Position numbers and translations under genes: made by a program. This document shows positions 38,482 to 46,881 of a stretch of 46,881 nt of DNA, in pieces. The notes under the pieces were generated by a model. That model ran no database searches. It was not told the DNA's origin and saw only the letters and a program-made list of their open reading frames with translations. Every line of letters starts with the position of its first letter. Within the stretch, counting starts at the first letter, position 1. Origin of the DNA: a virus (taxonomy: Duplodnaviria; Heunggongvirae; Uroviricota; Caudoviricetes); IMG/VR virus record IMGVR_UViG_3300018065_000012; one strand, given 5' to 3'.

Positions 38482-39274
38482 AGAAGCACGCAAACTTGTT
38501 TTGAAATCATTCAACAAAAGTGATTTCTATTACAACCATCAATCGCCGCATGGCTATACAAACTTCATTGACGGGATGGCGTGGGTTGGTTTATTGTGCG
38601 GCGCATGTCATCTTGTGGATGACAAAGAGTTGGCGGCATTAGCAGAAAACTACTTGAGAATGCTTTTGAAAGTTGGACCGGATGCAAGAAATTATGCGCC
38701 GATGAAAGTAAGAGACGACTGGATCAAATCTGAAACAGCTCCCGGATTTTGGTACCGTAAAAAGCCGCAGTCCTTCGCGGGGCCAGCGGCTTTATTGTTT
38801 GCTATCAACTGCGGCGCAAAATTGGATAACCCCTTCAACATTGAATCACGTGCCAAGTGGATGCGTTTCTTAAATCCATTCTTTGGTTATCTTGTGCGTT
38901 GGTTTCATTGGTTCAGACAGCATATCAATAGTCAGTTTATCGCTCATTTGATTAACGATTCCAAACCGCCAAGCTCAATGCTTTGGTTGTGCGAGGAAAA
39001 TCCTTTTTTCAGCGCTATTGCTGGAATTGAATGCAGTGTTGAATACCCGAAATCATGGAGCCGGTTTCAAAAGTATGAAACAAAAGACGTGGACGATATT
39101 CAACCGCTGAAAAACCGGAAACCATCAGCTTGGATTTTCAGAAGTTGGCCCAAGGCCGAATACACTGGCGCACTTCCTTACGCGGGCAGTGCTTATACGC
39201 CAACGGCAATGGTTGTTGGTGAATATTTGCAACAGCATTTGAGGAAGAAAAATGCCAAAGTACAAGACAGTTGA
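38471..39274 (+). CDS. hypothetical protein (267 aa, Trp/Phe-rich)
   Basis: Overlaps the upstream gene by 11 nt. No motif recognised. Confidence 0.5.
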   Translation: MTLEEARKLVLKSFNKSDFYYNHQSPHGYTNFIDGMAWVGLLCGACHLVDDKELAALAENYLRMLLKVGPDARNYAPMKVRDDWIKSETAPGFWYRKKPQSFAGPAALLFAINCGAKLDNPFNIESRAKWMRFLNPFFGYLVRWFHWFRQHINSQFIAHLINDSKPPSSMLWLCEENPFFSAIAGIECSVEYPKSWSRFQKYETKDVDDIQPLKNRKPSAWIFRSWPKAEYTGALPYAGSAYTPTAMVVGEYLQQHLRKKNAKVQDS

Positions 39275-39491
39275 GGAACTTGCGCAAGCATTCCAAACAG
39301 GTGAGTTTGGAGCAGATGGTCAAGTTATCAAGATTGAATCGGATGACATAAACGCTTCATTGGTTCGGGTAACTTGCGCAGAGGAAAGTCCTGACGAGTT
39401 TGAAATAATGTTCGAAGGATACGTACAAGGCGGTTATACAAAAGTGAAAAACGAGCTTGGGCCGTCTTTTGGAAGAGCGAAAAAAGAATGA
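39252..39491 (+). CDS. hypothetical acidic protein (79 aa)
   Basis: Overlaps the upstream gene by 23 nt. Confidence 0.45.
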   Translation: MPKYKTVEELAQAFQTGEFGADGQVIKIESDDINASLVRVTCAEESPDEFEIMFEGYVQGGYTKVKNELGPSFGRAKKE

Positions 39492-39494
39492 CGT

Positions 39495-39571
39495 CGGGGT
39501 GTGGCTCAGCTTGGTAGAGCGCTTGACTGGGGGTCAAGAGGTCGCTGGTTCAAATCCAGTCACCCCGACCA
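39495..39571 (+). tRNA. tRNA-Pro(GGG)
   Basis: Acceptor CGGGGTG/CACCCCG, D GCTC/GAGC, anticodon stem CTTGA/TCAAG loop CUGGGGG, T-arm GCTGG-TTCAAAT-CCAGT, A73, CCA. Confidence 0.8.
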
Positions 39572-39586
39572 TTTTGGAAACGGATA

Positions 39587-39814
39587 ATGATAGACAAAAA
39601 GCAAATAGAAATCGAAACACTAAAGCATAAAGTCAACGAACAAAAAGCGTTCATAATGCATTTGAAACGACTTTATGGCAGCGCGAGGCGGTGGGAACTT
39701 TCAAGAACGACACAGTGCCACAAGTGCCACGTCGACGCGGATGCTGAATTTTTTGCATTCATGAGAGCAATGCCTCATATTGAATGGGACAACTGGGGAA
39801 ACGCTAAAAAATGA
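39587..39814 (+). CDS. hypothetical protein (75 aa)
   Basis: ORF-track frame; Cys/His pairs (CHKCH). Confidence 0.45.
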   Translation: MIDKKQIEIETLKHKVNEQKAFIMHLKRLYGSARRWELSRTTQCHKCHVDADAEFFAFMRAMPHIEWDNWGNAKK

Positions 39815-40113
39815 GTTGGGCGAAGTATGCAAAAGAAACGTTGAAAAAGGGTCTTGACGCGGCTGTAAAGCCTCGTGGAAGCTCAATGAAGCCAAAGATT
39901 GAAAGTGGTGACGTTGTAACCATTGCCCCTTGTGACCCGTTCAGACTCAAGGTGGATGATATTGTTTTGGTTACAGTAAAAGGGAAAGACTATTTGCATT
40001 TGATCAAGGCGGTTGATAGCAAAAGGTTTTTGATTGGAAACAATCGTGGCGGGATAAATGGCTGGGTTGGCTGGAACTCAATTCATGGAAAAGCGGTAGA
40101 GGTTTCAAAATGA
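39811..40113 (+). CDS. S24/S26-like serine peptidase fold protein (LexA/UmuD/signal-peptidase-like catalytic domain only)
   Basis: GSSMKPKIESGDVVTI (cf. GDSMxPxxxxGDxxxV) and a downstream Lys in HLIKAV. ATGA overlap with the upstream gene. Confidence 0.45.
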   Translation: MSWAKYAKETLKKGLDAAVKPRGSSMKPKIESGDVVTIAPCDPFRLKVDDIVLVTVKGKDYLHLIKAVDSKRFLIGNNRGGINGWVGWNSIHGKAVEVSK

Positions 40114-40646
40114 TTCGACGTATCAACTTGTACGCTGGCCCATGTGCAGGAAAGTCGACCATTGCGGCGCATGTGTTTTCTCATTTCAGAGCCAAGCAAG
40201 TCAACATTGAGCTTGTGACAGAATATGTGAAATCTTGGGCATATGAAGAGCGCAAAATTACATCGTATGATCAATTGTACTTACTCGCAAAACAGTTGCG
40301 GCAAGAGGATTTAATTTTGCGAAACGGAGTTGACCTAATCGTAACGGATTCCCCGATTTTACTTTCTGCTTGTTACGCGCAGAAATATGGGTTTCCAAGC
40401 GTTTCTGCGTTGCGGGAAATTGCTGCTGAGTTTGAGAAAACATACCCGTCGTTAAACATTTTTATCGAACGCGGAAGGACGCCTTACAATCAAAGTGGTC
40501 GTTACGAGACTTACGAACAAGCAGTTGAGATGGATGCGGCAATTGAAAAAACCATTTTTGCTGCTGGGGTTAAAGAGTTGTTCAGCGTATCATTGGATAC
40601 TGAAATAATTATCAAATTGATTGAAACAAAGTTAGAGACTTTTTAA
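40110..40646 (+). CDS. P-loop NTPase (predicted kinase/AAA-like ATPase)
   Basis: Walker A GPCAGKST near the N-terminus. ATGA overlap with the upstream gene. Confidence 0.55.
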   Translation: MIRRINLYAGPCAGKSTIAAHVFSHFRAKQVNIELVTEYVKSWAYEERKITSYDQLYLLAKQLRQEDLILRNGVDLIVTDSPILLSACYAQKYGFPSVSALREIAAEFEKTYPSLNIFIERGRTPYNQSGRYETYEQAVEMDAAIEKTIFAAGVKELFSVSLDTEIIIKLIETKLETF

Positions 40647-40654
40647 TTTTTCCC

Positions 40655-40682
40655 TTGAAAGCTGTCGGCTTGGTTGTATAAT
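40655..40682 (+). promoter_or_regulatory. sigma70-like promoter TTGAAA-N16-TATAAT (copy 4)
   Basis: TTGAAA 40655-40660, spacer ending GGTTG, TATAAT 40677-40682. Confidence 0.55.
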
Positions 40683-40705
40683 AAAACAGTGGTCCAGCAA
40701 ATAAT

Positions 40706-40770
40706 TCGACACGCTTCAGCGCAAAGATACTTCTTGGTATAGAAAAGCTTTGCTCGATTTTTGGTGTCGA
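40706..40770 (+). ncRNA. Bracketed element D (minimal copy) in its own promoter-to-hairpin unit
   Basis: Terminal helix TCGACAC/GTGTCGA; 5' module GCTTCAGCGCAAAGATACTTC; inner helix GCAAAG/CTTTGC; 3' module TCGATTTTTGG. Confidence 0.55.
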
Positions 40771-40781
40771 TTTTCTTAATA

Positions 40782-40842
40782 GGCTCGGGGCGGAACCTAT
40801 CACACCACACCAAATTGGATCGCCTCTATACTGCCCCGAGCC
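40782..40842 (+). terminator. long hairpin GGCTCGGGGC-(41 nt)-GCCCCGAGCC followed by a U-rich TTCTCTT (terminator-like)
   Basis: Perfect 10-bp GC-rich inverted repeat downstream of element D. Confidence 0.4.
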
Positions 40843-41002
40843 TTCTCTTAATATATTGATATGAACGGAATTACACTTGCGTCAAACACCTTACCCATTA
40901 TTTTTTTATATTTTTCCTTATAGTAGAGGACGCTATTATTGTGTTCGGCTGAGGTTGTGTAAATACGATTCTCCAAGAATCTTAAGACGTGACGGGTAGA
41001 CA

Positions 41003-41494
41003 ATGAGAAAGTGGCGCGTAATCCGAGATTTTTACCTTGGAGAGTCTGATCGCATCAAAGCGAGAAATCCGAATGAAGACAATTTCATGCTTTATGAAGG
41101 CACAATTATCTATGAGGCAGAAAATACCGATCGCGTAGTCATCAATGGAAAAGTTTATCATTTCAGAATTGGAACAGTTTTTACTCGCTTTTGCGTTCTT
41201 GAAGAAACACTTCCAGAATCGGTTACAGGCGACACAATGCCGGGTGGGGTGTTACCAGCGGACCTTGTTTGGAAAGGTCCAAGTGATCTGACCACCATCA
41301 TCGCCGGGAAACGATATCAAACCCCAGATAGATTTTTTGAGGAGAGTCTCGTTGTTGCAATTCGTGGTTTGATTGTTGCCGATGAAAATGTCGATGGATT
41401 CACAATCATCGACGACCAAACATTTGAAATGAAAGAAACCTACACAAAACCGAAGGATTGGATCATGTGTGGGTATGTTAAGAAAAGCTCATGA
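41003..41494 (+). CDS. hypothetical protein (163 aa)
   Basis: ORF-track frame; its stop overlaps the start of the collagen-like gene (ATGA). Confidence 0.5.
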   Translation: MRKWRVIRDFYLGESDRIKARNPNEDNFMLYEGTIIYEAENTDRVVINGKVYHFRIGTVFTRFCVLEETLPESVTGDTMPGGVLPADLVWKGPSDLTTIIAGKRYQTPDRFFEESLVVAIRGLIVADENVDGFTIIDDQTFEMKETYTKPKDWIMCGYVKKSS

Positions 41495-44400
41495 CACGTA
41501 GCCTTCTCAGCCAATCACTCCAAGTCGATGCTTCCGCAACTTATGATGATACTATAGCTTCAGTACATACTCAACCTGTTGCGGAAGGTCAAGCCAATCT
41601 TGAAGGTGATCTGAATGTTCTTCGTACGTTATTGAAGAATTTGATCGGAGAACCTGATTGGTATGACCCCGCTGAATTATCGATGAAGGAACTTGCTGAT
41701 AAGTTCCTGATGGAAGCACTCCATCAGAGTGGTTTTGAAAATGTCACGGTTGGAACGGGAACCAGCACAACAGTTTTTGATGGCCCAATCAAGTCAATCG
41801 CGAATCACAACAATGGTCAAGGTTCTTCCACTGTTGAGGGCGTCGTCGTTGACTCGGAAAGGGCATATCGACTCTTTATTCGAGACCATGATTCAGGCGA
41901 CCCAATTTCAGACGGCAGCGGAAATGCAGTTTATGGCCGTTTGAGTTTTGGCGCTGGTACATATACGATAAGTTGGCACACCTTCAATGGTGGTTCTGAG
42001 TCAACTTACAACTTCACTTCCCCTATCGACCTTGATCTTGCGTTTGTCGCTGTTTCAAGGCAGTTCAAAAATCTTGATTGGAATCATTTTCTTGACGTTG
42101 AATTTTATGACATCGGTATCGGCGGCATTGGTTCGCAAGGTAACCAAGGAAATCAAGGTGACGTTGGCATCGATGGAGTTCAGGGGCCGCAAGGAAACAC
42201 GGGTATTGACGGCGTTCAAGGCGGCCAAGGACGCCAAGGAAATCAAGGCGAAGTTGGTGAGTCTGGCGTTCAAGGTTATCAGGGTTGGCAAGGTACCATT
42301 GGAGTTGATGGCGTTCAAGGAGCGCAAGGAAATCAAGGAAATATTGGTATCGACGGTGTTCAAGGCGCACAAGGCAATCAGGGTGACATTGGTACAGACG
42401 GTGTCCAAGGTGGTCAAGGCGTTCAGGGTTGGCAGGGAACGGGTGATACAGGCCCGCAAGGAAACGACGGTGTTCAGGGCTGGCAAGGTGATTTTGGAGC
42501 GCAAGGTAATCAAGGCGACGAGGGCACAGGCAATCAGGGCAACCAAGGGCCAGCAGGAATTGATGGACAGCAAGGTGCTCAAGGTGATGTAGGTATTCAG
42601 GGCTATCAAGGCAATCAGGGCTTCATCGGCGTTCAAGGATTTTCTCCGCAAGGTTGGCAAGGCCCACAAGGTGGAATTGGCGTTGATGGCGTCCAAGGAA
42701 ATCAAGGACGACAAGGTAATCAGGGCAACGCTGGCGACACTGGCGGGCAAGGTCGTCAGGGTGCGCAAGGCGCTGTCGGTGCTGATGGATTCCAAGGAAA
42801 TCAAGGCGACATAGGCGTTGATGGAGTTCAAGGGCCGCAAGGCAATGTTGGTTTGCAAGGCGTTCAAGGATGGCAAGGCGACCAAGGCGTTGACGGTGTT
42901 CAGGGCAACCAAGGTAATCAGGGTGATGTTGGCTCTGATGGTGCTGACGGTGCGCAAGGCCGTCAGGGAAATCAGGGTCAAGTTGGTGACATCGGCGCAC
43001 AAGGAGCGCAAGGCTGGCAAGGACTTCAAGGTATTGACGGAGTCCAAGGCAATCAGGGTGTTGCGGGTGACATCGGTTTCCAAGGCGCACAGGGTTATCA
43101 AGGAACAGGCGTACAAGGTAGTCAGGGAAACCAAGGAGACATCGGTGTTGACGGTGTTCAGGGAACGCAAGGCAATCAAGGTGACATCGGTGTTGATGGA
43201 GTTCAGGGGCCGCAGGGTGACGTTGGTATTGACGGTGTCCAAGGCGTTCAAGGTTCGCAAGGCAATCAAGGTCAAGTTGGAGATACCGGAGCGCAGGGTA
43301 ACCAAGGACGCCAAGGAAATCAAGGTCAAGTTGGAGATACAGGCTCTCAAGGCAACCAAGGAGATATCGGCGTTCAGGGTGCGCAGGGCAATCAAGGACT
43401 TCAGGGTGACCAAGGCGTAGATGGTGTTCAGGGCAGTCAAGGTAACCAAGGCGACATTGGTGTTGATGGAGTACAGGGTGCGCAGGGCAATCAAGGACTT
43501 CAGGGCGACCAAGGAATTGACGGAGTTCAAGGCACTCAAGGTTGGCAAGGTATAGTTGGCTTCCAAGGTAATCAGGGTTTGCAAGGGATAGACGGTGTTC
43601 AAGGTAATCAAGGTTCGCAAGGAAATCAAGGTCAAGTTGGAGATACGGGTTCGCAAGGAACACAGGGCAACCAAGGAGATGTAGGACAAGACGGCGTTCA
43701 AGGGAACCAAGGCCGTCAAGGAAATCAGGGCGACATCGGTGTTGACGGTGTTCAGGGCAGTCAAGGTAATCAGGGCGCTGTTGGCGTTGATGGAGTCCAA
43801 GGCGTGCAGGGCGATGTCGGTTCTGATGGAGTCCAAGGTGTTCAGGGAAATCAGGGTTGGCAAGGAGATGTCGGCATTGATGGCGTTCAAGGCCCACAAG
43901 GTAACGTGGGTGTCGACGGCGTTCAAGGCGTACAAGGCTCTCAGGGTTGGCAGGGAATTGACGGAGTTCAAGGCGTACAAGGTTGGCAAGGACTTCAAGG
44001 CGACCAAGGAATAGATGGCGTTCAGGGCAATCAGGGAAATCAGGGTTCACAAGGCAATCAGGGTGAAGTAGGCGATACTGGAACACAAGGGACGCAGGGC
44101 AACCAAGGCATTATTGGACAAGATGGAGTTCAGGGTAACCAAGGTCGTCAAGGGAATCAAGGTGCTATCGGTGTTGATGGCGTTCAAGGCAATCAGGGGA
44201 ATCAAGGCGACCAAGGGATAGATGGAGTACAGGGTAATCAAGGTTGGCAAGGAACGGGCGACACAGGGGCGCAAGGCAGTCAAGGCAATCAGGGTTGGCA
44301 AGGTGAATTTGGCCCACAAGGAGATGAAGGCACAGGCAATCAGGGTTCACAGGGGCCAGCGGGAATTGATGGTACACAGGGTTTCCAAGGTTCTGACGGT

Positions 44401-46881
44401 ACGCAAGGTTGGCAAGGCAATCAAGGTTATTTGGGGCCACAGGGTTATTCTCCGCAAGGTTGGCAAGGAGCGCAGGGAAATCAAGGCGATATTGGTTCTG
44501 ATGGAGTTCAGGGCGTACAAGGAAATCAAGGGGACGTAGGTGATACAGGCATTCAAGGAAATCAAGGCAATCAGGGCGATATCGGTATTGATGGAATCCA
44601 AGGGCCACAGGGGAATCAAGGTAATCAGGGCGCAGTTGGTGTTGATGGCGTCCAAGGCGTTCAAGGAAACCAAGGTGACGTAGGTGATACAGGTAGTCAG
44701 GGGGCGCAGGGCAACCAAGGCATTATTGGACAAGACGGAGTTCAGGGCAACCAAGGTTCACAAGGAAACCAAGGTCAAGTTGGCGATACAGGCTCTCAAG
44801 GAAATACTGGTGCTGATGGAGTTCAAGGCAATCAAGGAGCGCAGGGGAACCAAGGCTTACAAGGCGATACTGGCGATACAGGCGTACAAGGAAATCAAGG
44901 TTGGCAGGGTGTTGTTGGCGCTGATGGAGTTCAAGGTGCGCAAGGGGACGTAGGTGCGGATGGCGTACAAGGCAATCAGGGTTGGCAAGGTGCTATCGGT
45001 GTTGATGGAGTTCAGGGCAGTCAAGGAAATCAGGGCGATATTGGTGCGGATGGTGTTCAGGGTTCACAAGGGAATCAAGGCGTTGTTGGTTCTGATGGAG
45101 TCCAAGGCGTTCAAGGCAACCAAGGCGACGTAGGCGATACGGGCATTCAGGGTTCACAAGGTTCGCAGGGCAACGTTGGTCAGGACGGGGTTCAGGGAAA
45201 TCAGGGAGCGCAAGGAAATCAAGGTCAGGTTGGAGATACAGGTTCGCAAGGTAATCAGGGCTGGCAAGGAACAGGCGATACAGGCGTACAAGGAGTGCAG
45301 GGAAACCAAGGCGATGTTGGCTCTGATGGAGTTCAAGGCGCACAAGGTGACGTAGGAGATACAGGCGCTCAAGGTAATCAGGGCGCAGTTGGTGCGGATG
45401 GAGTCCAAGGGAATCAGGGAAGTCAAGGAGACGCTGGTACTGATGGCGTACAAGGCAATCAGGGGAATCAGGGTTCTATTGGCGTCGATGGGGTTCGGGG
45501 TAATCAGGGACGACAAGGTAATCAGGGCAATGCTGGCGACACAGGCACACAGGGGAATCAGGGCAACCAAGGAAATGTCGGTCAGACAGGCGTACAAGGG
45601 AGTCAGGGAAACCAAGGCGATGAAGGTACTGACGGGGCGCAAGGCAATCAAGGCAATACAGGCGCACAAGGGAATCAGGGCAACCAAGGAAACGTAGGAC
45701 AAGACGGTGTTCAGGGAAATCAGGGAAACCAAGGCGATGAAGGTTTCCAAGGTTATCAAGGGACAAATCCCGGTGTTCAAGGGCCGCAAGGTTGGCAAGG
45801 ACAAGATGGCCTCGGCGCTGCTGCTACTCTTGGAGAGTTGTACGCAAAGGATTATGGAACAGGACAAACGCTGGATACCGTCAACACGTGGGAAGTGGTT
45901 GAAGCCCTTGCGACGGCTGGCAATAGTTACAACACCACTCTAAGCACCGTAAACCATACCATTACAGTGTTGAAAACGGCACTGTATAACATGGATTGGC
46001 AAATATCGTTCAGTGGCACAGCAAACCATCAAATGGAGTTTGCTGTCTTTGTAAACAATGTTGCTCAGAATGACACGTATCAAGAACGAAAACTGAATGC
46101 AAATGGTGATACAGGCAATGTTGGCGGCACTGCAATTCTGTCATTGACTGCTAACGACGTTGTTGATTTGCGTGTTCGGGATACGACATCTTCTGGAAGC
46201 ATCACTGTAAATCATGCGAATCTTAACGTTGATGAAATTGTTGGTGTTGGGCCGCAAGGAGTTCAGGGCGCACAAGGCAATGATGGAGTTCAGGGAAATC
46301 AAGGTAATGTAGGTGATACAGGCGATACAGGAGCGCAAGGAAATCAAGGTTGGCAAGGTGATGCTGGCACGGACGGCGTACAGGGAAATCAAGGCAATCA
46401 GGGCTGGCAAGGAACGGGCGATACAGGAGCGCAAGGAAATCAAGGAGATGTAGGACAAGATGGAGTCCAAGGCAATCAGGGTAATCAAGGGGATGTAGGC
46501 ACTGATGGTTCACAAGGAAATCAAGGCTTACAAGGCGATACTGGCGATACAGGTGCACAAGGAAATCAAGGTAATGTAGGTGATACAGGCGTTCAAGGCG
46601 CGCAGGGTCGTCAAGGGAATCAGGGCGACATTGGCGATACAGGAGCGCAGGGGAATCAAGGAAACGTAGGACAAGATGGAGTTCAGGGAAATCAAGGCAA
46701 TCAAGGATGGCAAGGTACGGGTGATACAGGGCCACAAGGGTATCAAGGTTGGCAGGGAGATGAAGGTTCACAAGGCAATCAAGGATGGCAAGGTTGGCAA
46801 GCAAGCGGTGGCGAAGAAAGAGCGTTGTTCTGTTGTTCGTTCTTTACTTCAAAGCGGTCATACATTGAGTATTCACAAACA
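41491..46881 (+). CDS. Giant collagen-like (Gly-X-Y) protein, open at the window end (more than 1796 aa): N-terminal 210-aa non-collagen domain, about 1200 aa of GXY triplets, an internal 150-aa C1q/BclA-CTD-like globular insert, then GXY resumes
   Basis: Read in frame from ATG 41491 with no stop to 46881. It is absent from the ORF track, which appears to list only stop-closed ORFs. Translation from 42121 is GGIGSQGNQGNQGDVGIDGVQGPQGNTGID...; the insert at about 45790-46250 has beta-rich TNF/C1q-like sequence (...ITVLKTALYNMDWQISFSGTANHQMEFAVFVNN...DLRVRDTTSSGSITVNHANLNV). Confidence 0.75.
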   Translation, partial: MTRSLLSQSLQVDASATYDDTIASVHTQPVAEGQANLEGDLNVLRTLLKNLIGEPDWYDPAELSMKELADKFLMEALHQSGFENVTVGTGTSTTVFDGPIKSIANHNNGQGSSTVEGVVVDSERAYRLFIRDHDSGDPISDGSGNAVYGRLSFGAGTYTISWHTFNGGSESTYNFTSPIDLDLAFVAVSRQFKNLDWNHFLDVEFYDIGIGGIGSQGNQGNQGDVGIDGVQGPQGNTGIDGVQGGQGRQGNQGEVGESGVQGYQGWQGTIGVDGVQGAQGNQGNIGIDGVQGAQGNQGDIGTDGVQGGQGVQGWQGTGDTGPQGNDGVQGWQGDFGAQGNQGDEGTGNQGNQGPAGIDGQQGAQGDVGIQGYQGNQGFIGVQGFSPQGWQGPQGGIGVDGVQGNQGRQGNQGNAGDTGGQGRQGAQGAVGADGFQGNQGDIGVDGVQGPQGNVGLQGVQGWQGDQGVDGVQGNQGNQGDVGSDGADGAQGRQGNQGQVGDIGAQGAQGWQGLQGIDGVQGNQGVAGDIGFQGAQGYQGTGVQGSQGNQGDIGVDGVQGTQGNQGDIGVDGVQGPQGDVGIDGVQGVQGSQGNQGQVGDTGAQGNQGRQGNQGQVGDTGSQGNQGDIGVQGAQGNQGLQGDQGVDGVQGSQGNQGDIGVDGVQGAQGNQGLQGDQGIDGVQGTQGWQGIVGFQGNQGLQGIDGVQGNQGSQGNQGQVGDTGSQGTQGNQGDVGQDGVQGNQGRQGNQGDIGVDGVQGSQGNQGAVGVDGVQGVQGDVGSDGVQGVQGNQGWQGDVGIDGVQGPQGNVGVDGVQGVQGSQGWQGIDGVQGVQGWQGLQGDQGIDGVQGNQGNQGSQGNQGEVGDTGTQGTQGNQGIIGQDGVQGNQGRQGNQGAIGVDGVQGNQGNQGDQGIDGVQGNQGWQGTGDTGAQGSQGNQGWQGEFGPQGDEGTGNQGSQGPAGIDGTQGFQGSDGTQGWQGNQGYLGPQGYSPQGWQGAQGNQGDIGSDGVQGVQGNQGDVGDTGIQGNQGNQGDIGIDGIQGPQGNQGNQGAVGVDGVQGVQGNQGDVGDTGSQGAQGNQGIIGQDGVQGNQGSQGNQGQVGDTGSQGNTGADGVQGNQGAQGNQGLQGDTGDTGVQGNQGWQGVVGADGVQGAQGDVGADGVQGNQGWQGAIGVDGVQGSQGNQGDIGADGVQGSQGNQGVVGSDGVQGVQGNQGDVGDTGIQGSQGSQGNVGQDGVQGNQGAQGNQGQVGDTGSQGNQGWQGTGDTGVQGVQGNQGDVGSDGVQGAQGDVGDTGAQGNQGAVGADGVQGNQGSQGDAGTDGVQGNQGNQGSIGVDGVRGNQGRQGNQGNAGDTGTQGNQGNQGNVGQTGVQGSQGNQGDEGTDGAQGNQGNTGAQGNQGNQGNVGQDGVQGNQGNQGDEGFQGYQGTNPGVQGPQGWQGQDGLGAAATLGELYAKDYGTGQTLDTVNTWEVVEALATAGNSYNTTLSTVNHTITVLKTALYNMDWQISFSGTANHQMEFAVFVNNVAQNDTYQERKLNANGDTGNVGGTAILSLTANDVVDLRVRDTTSSGSITVNHANLNVDEIVGVGPQGVQGAQGNDGVQGNQGNVGDTGDTGAQGNQGWQGDAGTDGVQGNQGNQGWQGTGDTGAQGNQGDVGQDGVQGNQGNQGDVGTDGSQGNQGLQGDTGDTGAQGNQGNVGDTGVQGAQGRQGNQGDIGDTGAQGNQGNVGQDGVQGNQGNQGWQGTGDTGPQGYQGWQGDEGSQGNQGWQGWQASGGEERALFCCSFFTSKRSYIEYSQT

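Noticed and set aside
42055-46804. Long minus-strand ORFs (650 aa at 42055-44007, 487 aa at 42623-44086, 237 aa at 45154-45867 and others) and frame-shifted plus-strand ORFs rich in K/V/A across the 42-46.8 kb region
   Set aside because: They are low-complexity reverse-complement or out-of-frame readings of the GGN-rich collagen repeat. The in-frame Gly-X-Y reading from ATG 41491 is continuous and biologically coherent.

Overview
This 46.9-kb window reads as a single-strand block of a large tailed-phage genome (likely a jumbo phage); every gene I can support is on the + strand. Coordinates of RNA features were derived by hand from the sequence and anchored to the ORF track where possible; treat them as accurate to about +/-2 nt.

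The left part (about 2.5-13.3 kb) and a second block (33.6-40.9 kb) form a dense tRNA/small-ORF accessory region. I count about 46 tRNA genes by manual cloverleaf folding. They cover all 20 amino acids and many C34 isoacceptors, and Asp, Trp and Tyr occur twice. Among the tRNAs are sigma70-like promoters, small ORFs with ATGA/GTGA/TAATG start-stop couplings, an HNH endonuclease, and several enzymes: a metacaspase-like protein, a macro domain protein, a PdaD-like pyruvoyl arginine decarboxylase, dCMP deaminase, an S24-like peptidase and a P-loop NTPase. A dispersed sugar-nucleotide/glycosylation set is also present: a GT2, a GT4, another GT-B glycosyltransferase, an HldE/RfaE-like nucleotidyltransferase, an RfbB-like dehydratase and an SDR epimerase.

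The middle (13.4-33.6 kb) looks like a late/structural module. It contains a 957-aa fibre protein built from 11-aa repeats and a 960-aa internally duplicated protein. These are followed by six tandem ~255-aa paralogs and three tandem ~411-aa beta-helix paralogs that look like tailspikes or depolymerases. The window ends inside a collagen-like (Gly-X-Y) ORF of more than 1796 aa.

The most unusual signal is a family of six short RNA-like elements embedded in the promoter-driven tRNA arrays. Each is bracketed by conserved 5' (CACGCTTCAGYG...TACTTC) and 3' (GCGTYTTTTGGTG) modules, and the terminal 7-bp helix shows compensatory base changes between copies. Several copies carry a circularly permuted tRNA core whose acceptor stem is closed by a loop. 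Other oddities are a tRNA-Sec-like (8/4) tRNA with a GCA anticodon, a tRNA-Ile(UAU), a D-arm-less Tyr-like tRNA, and a structured sRNA candidate.
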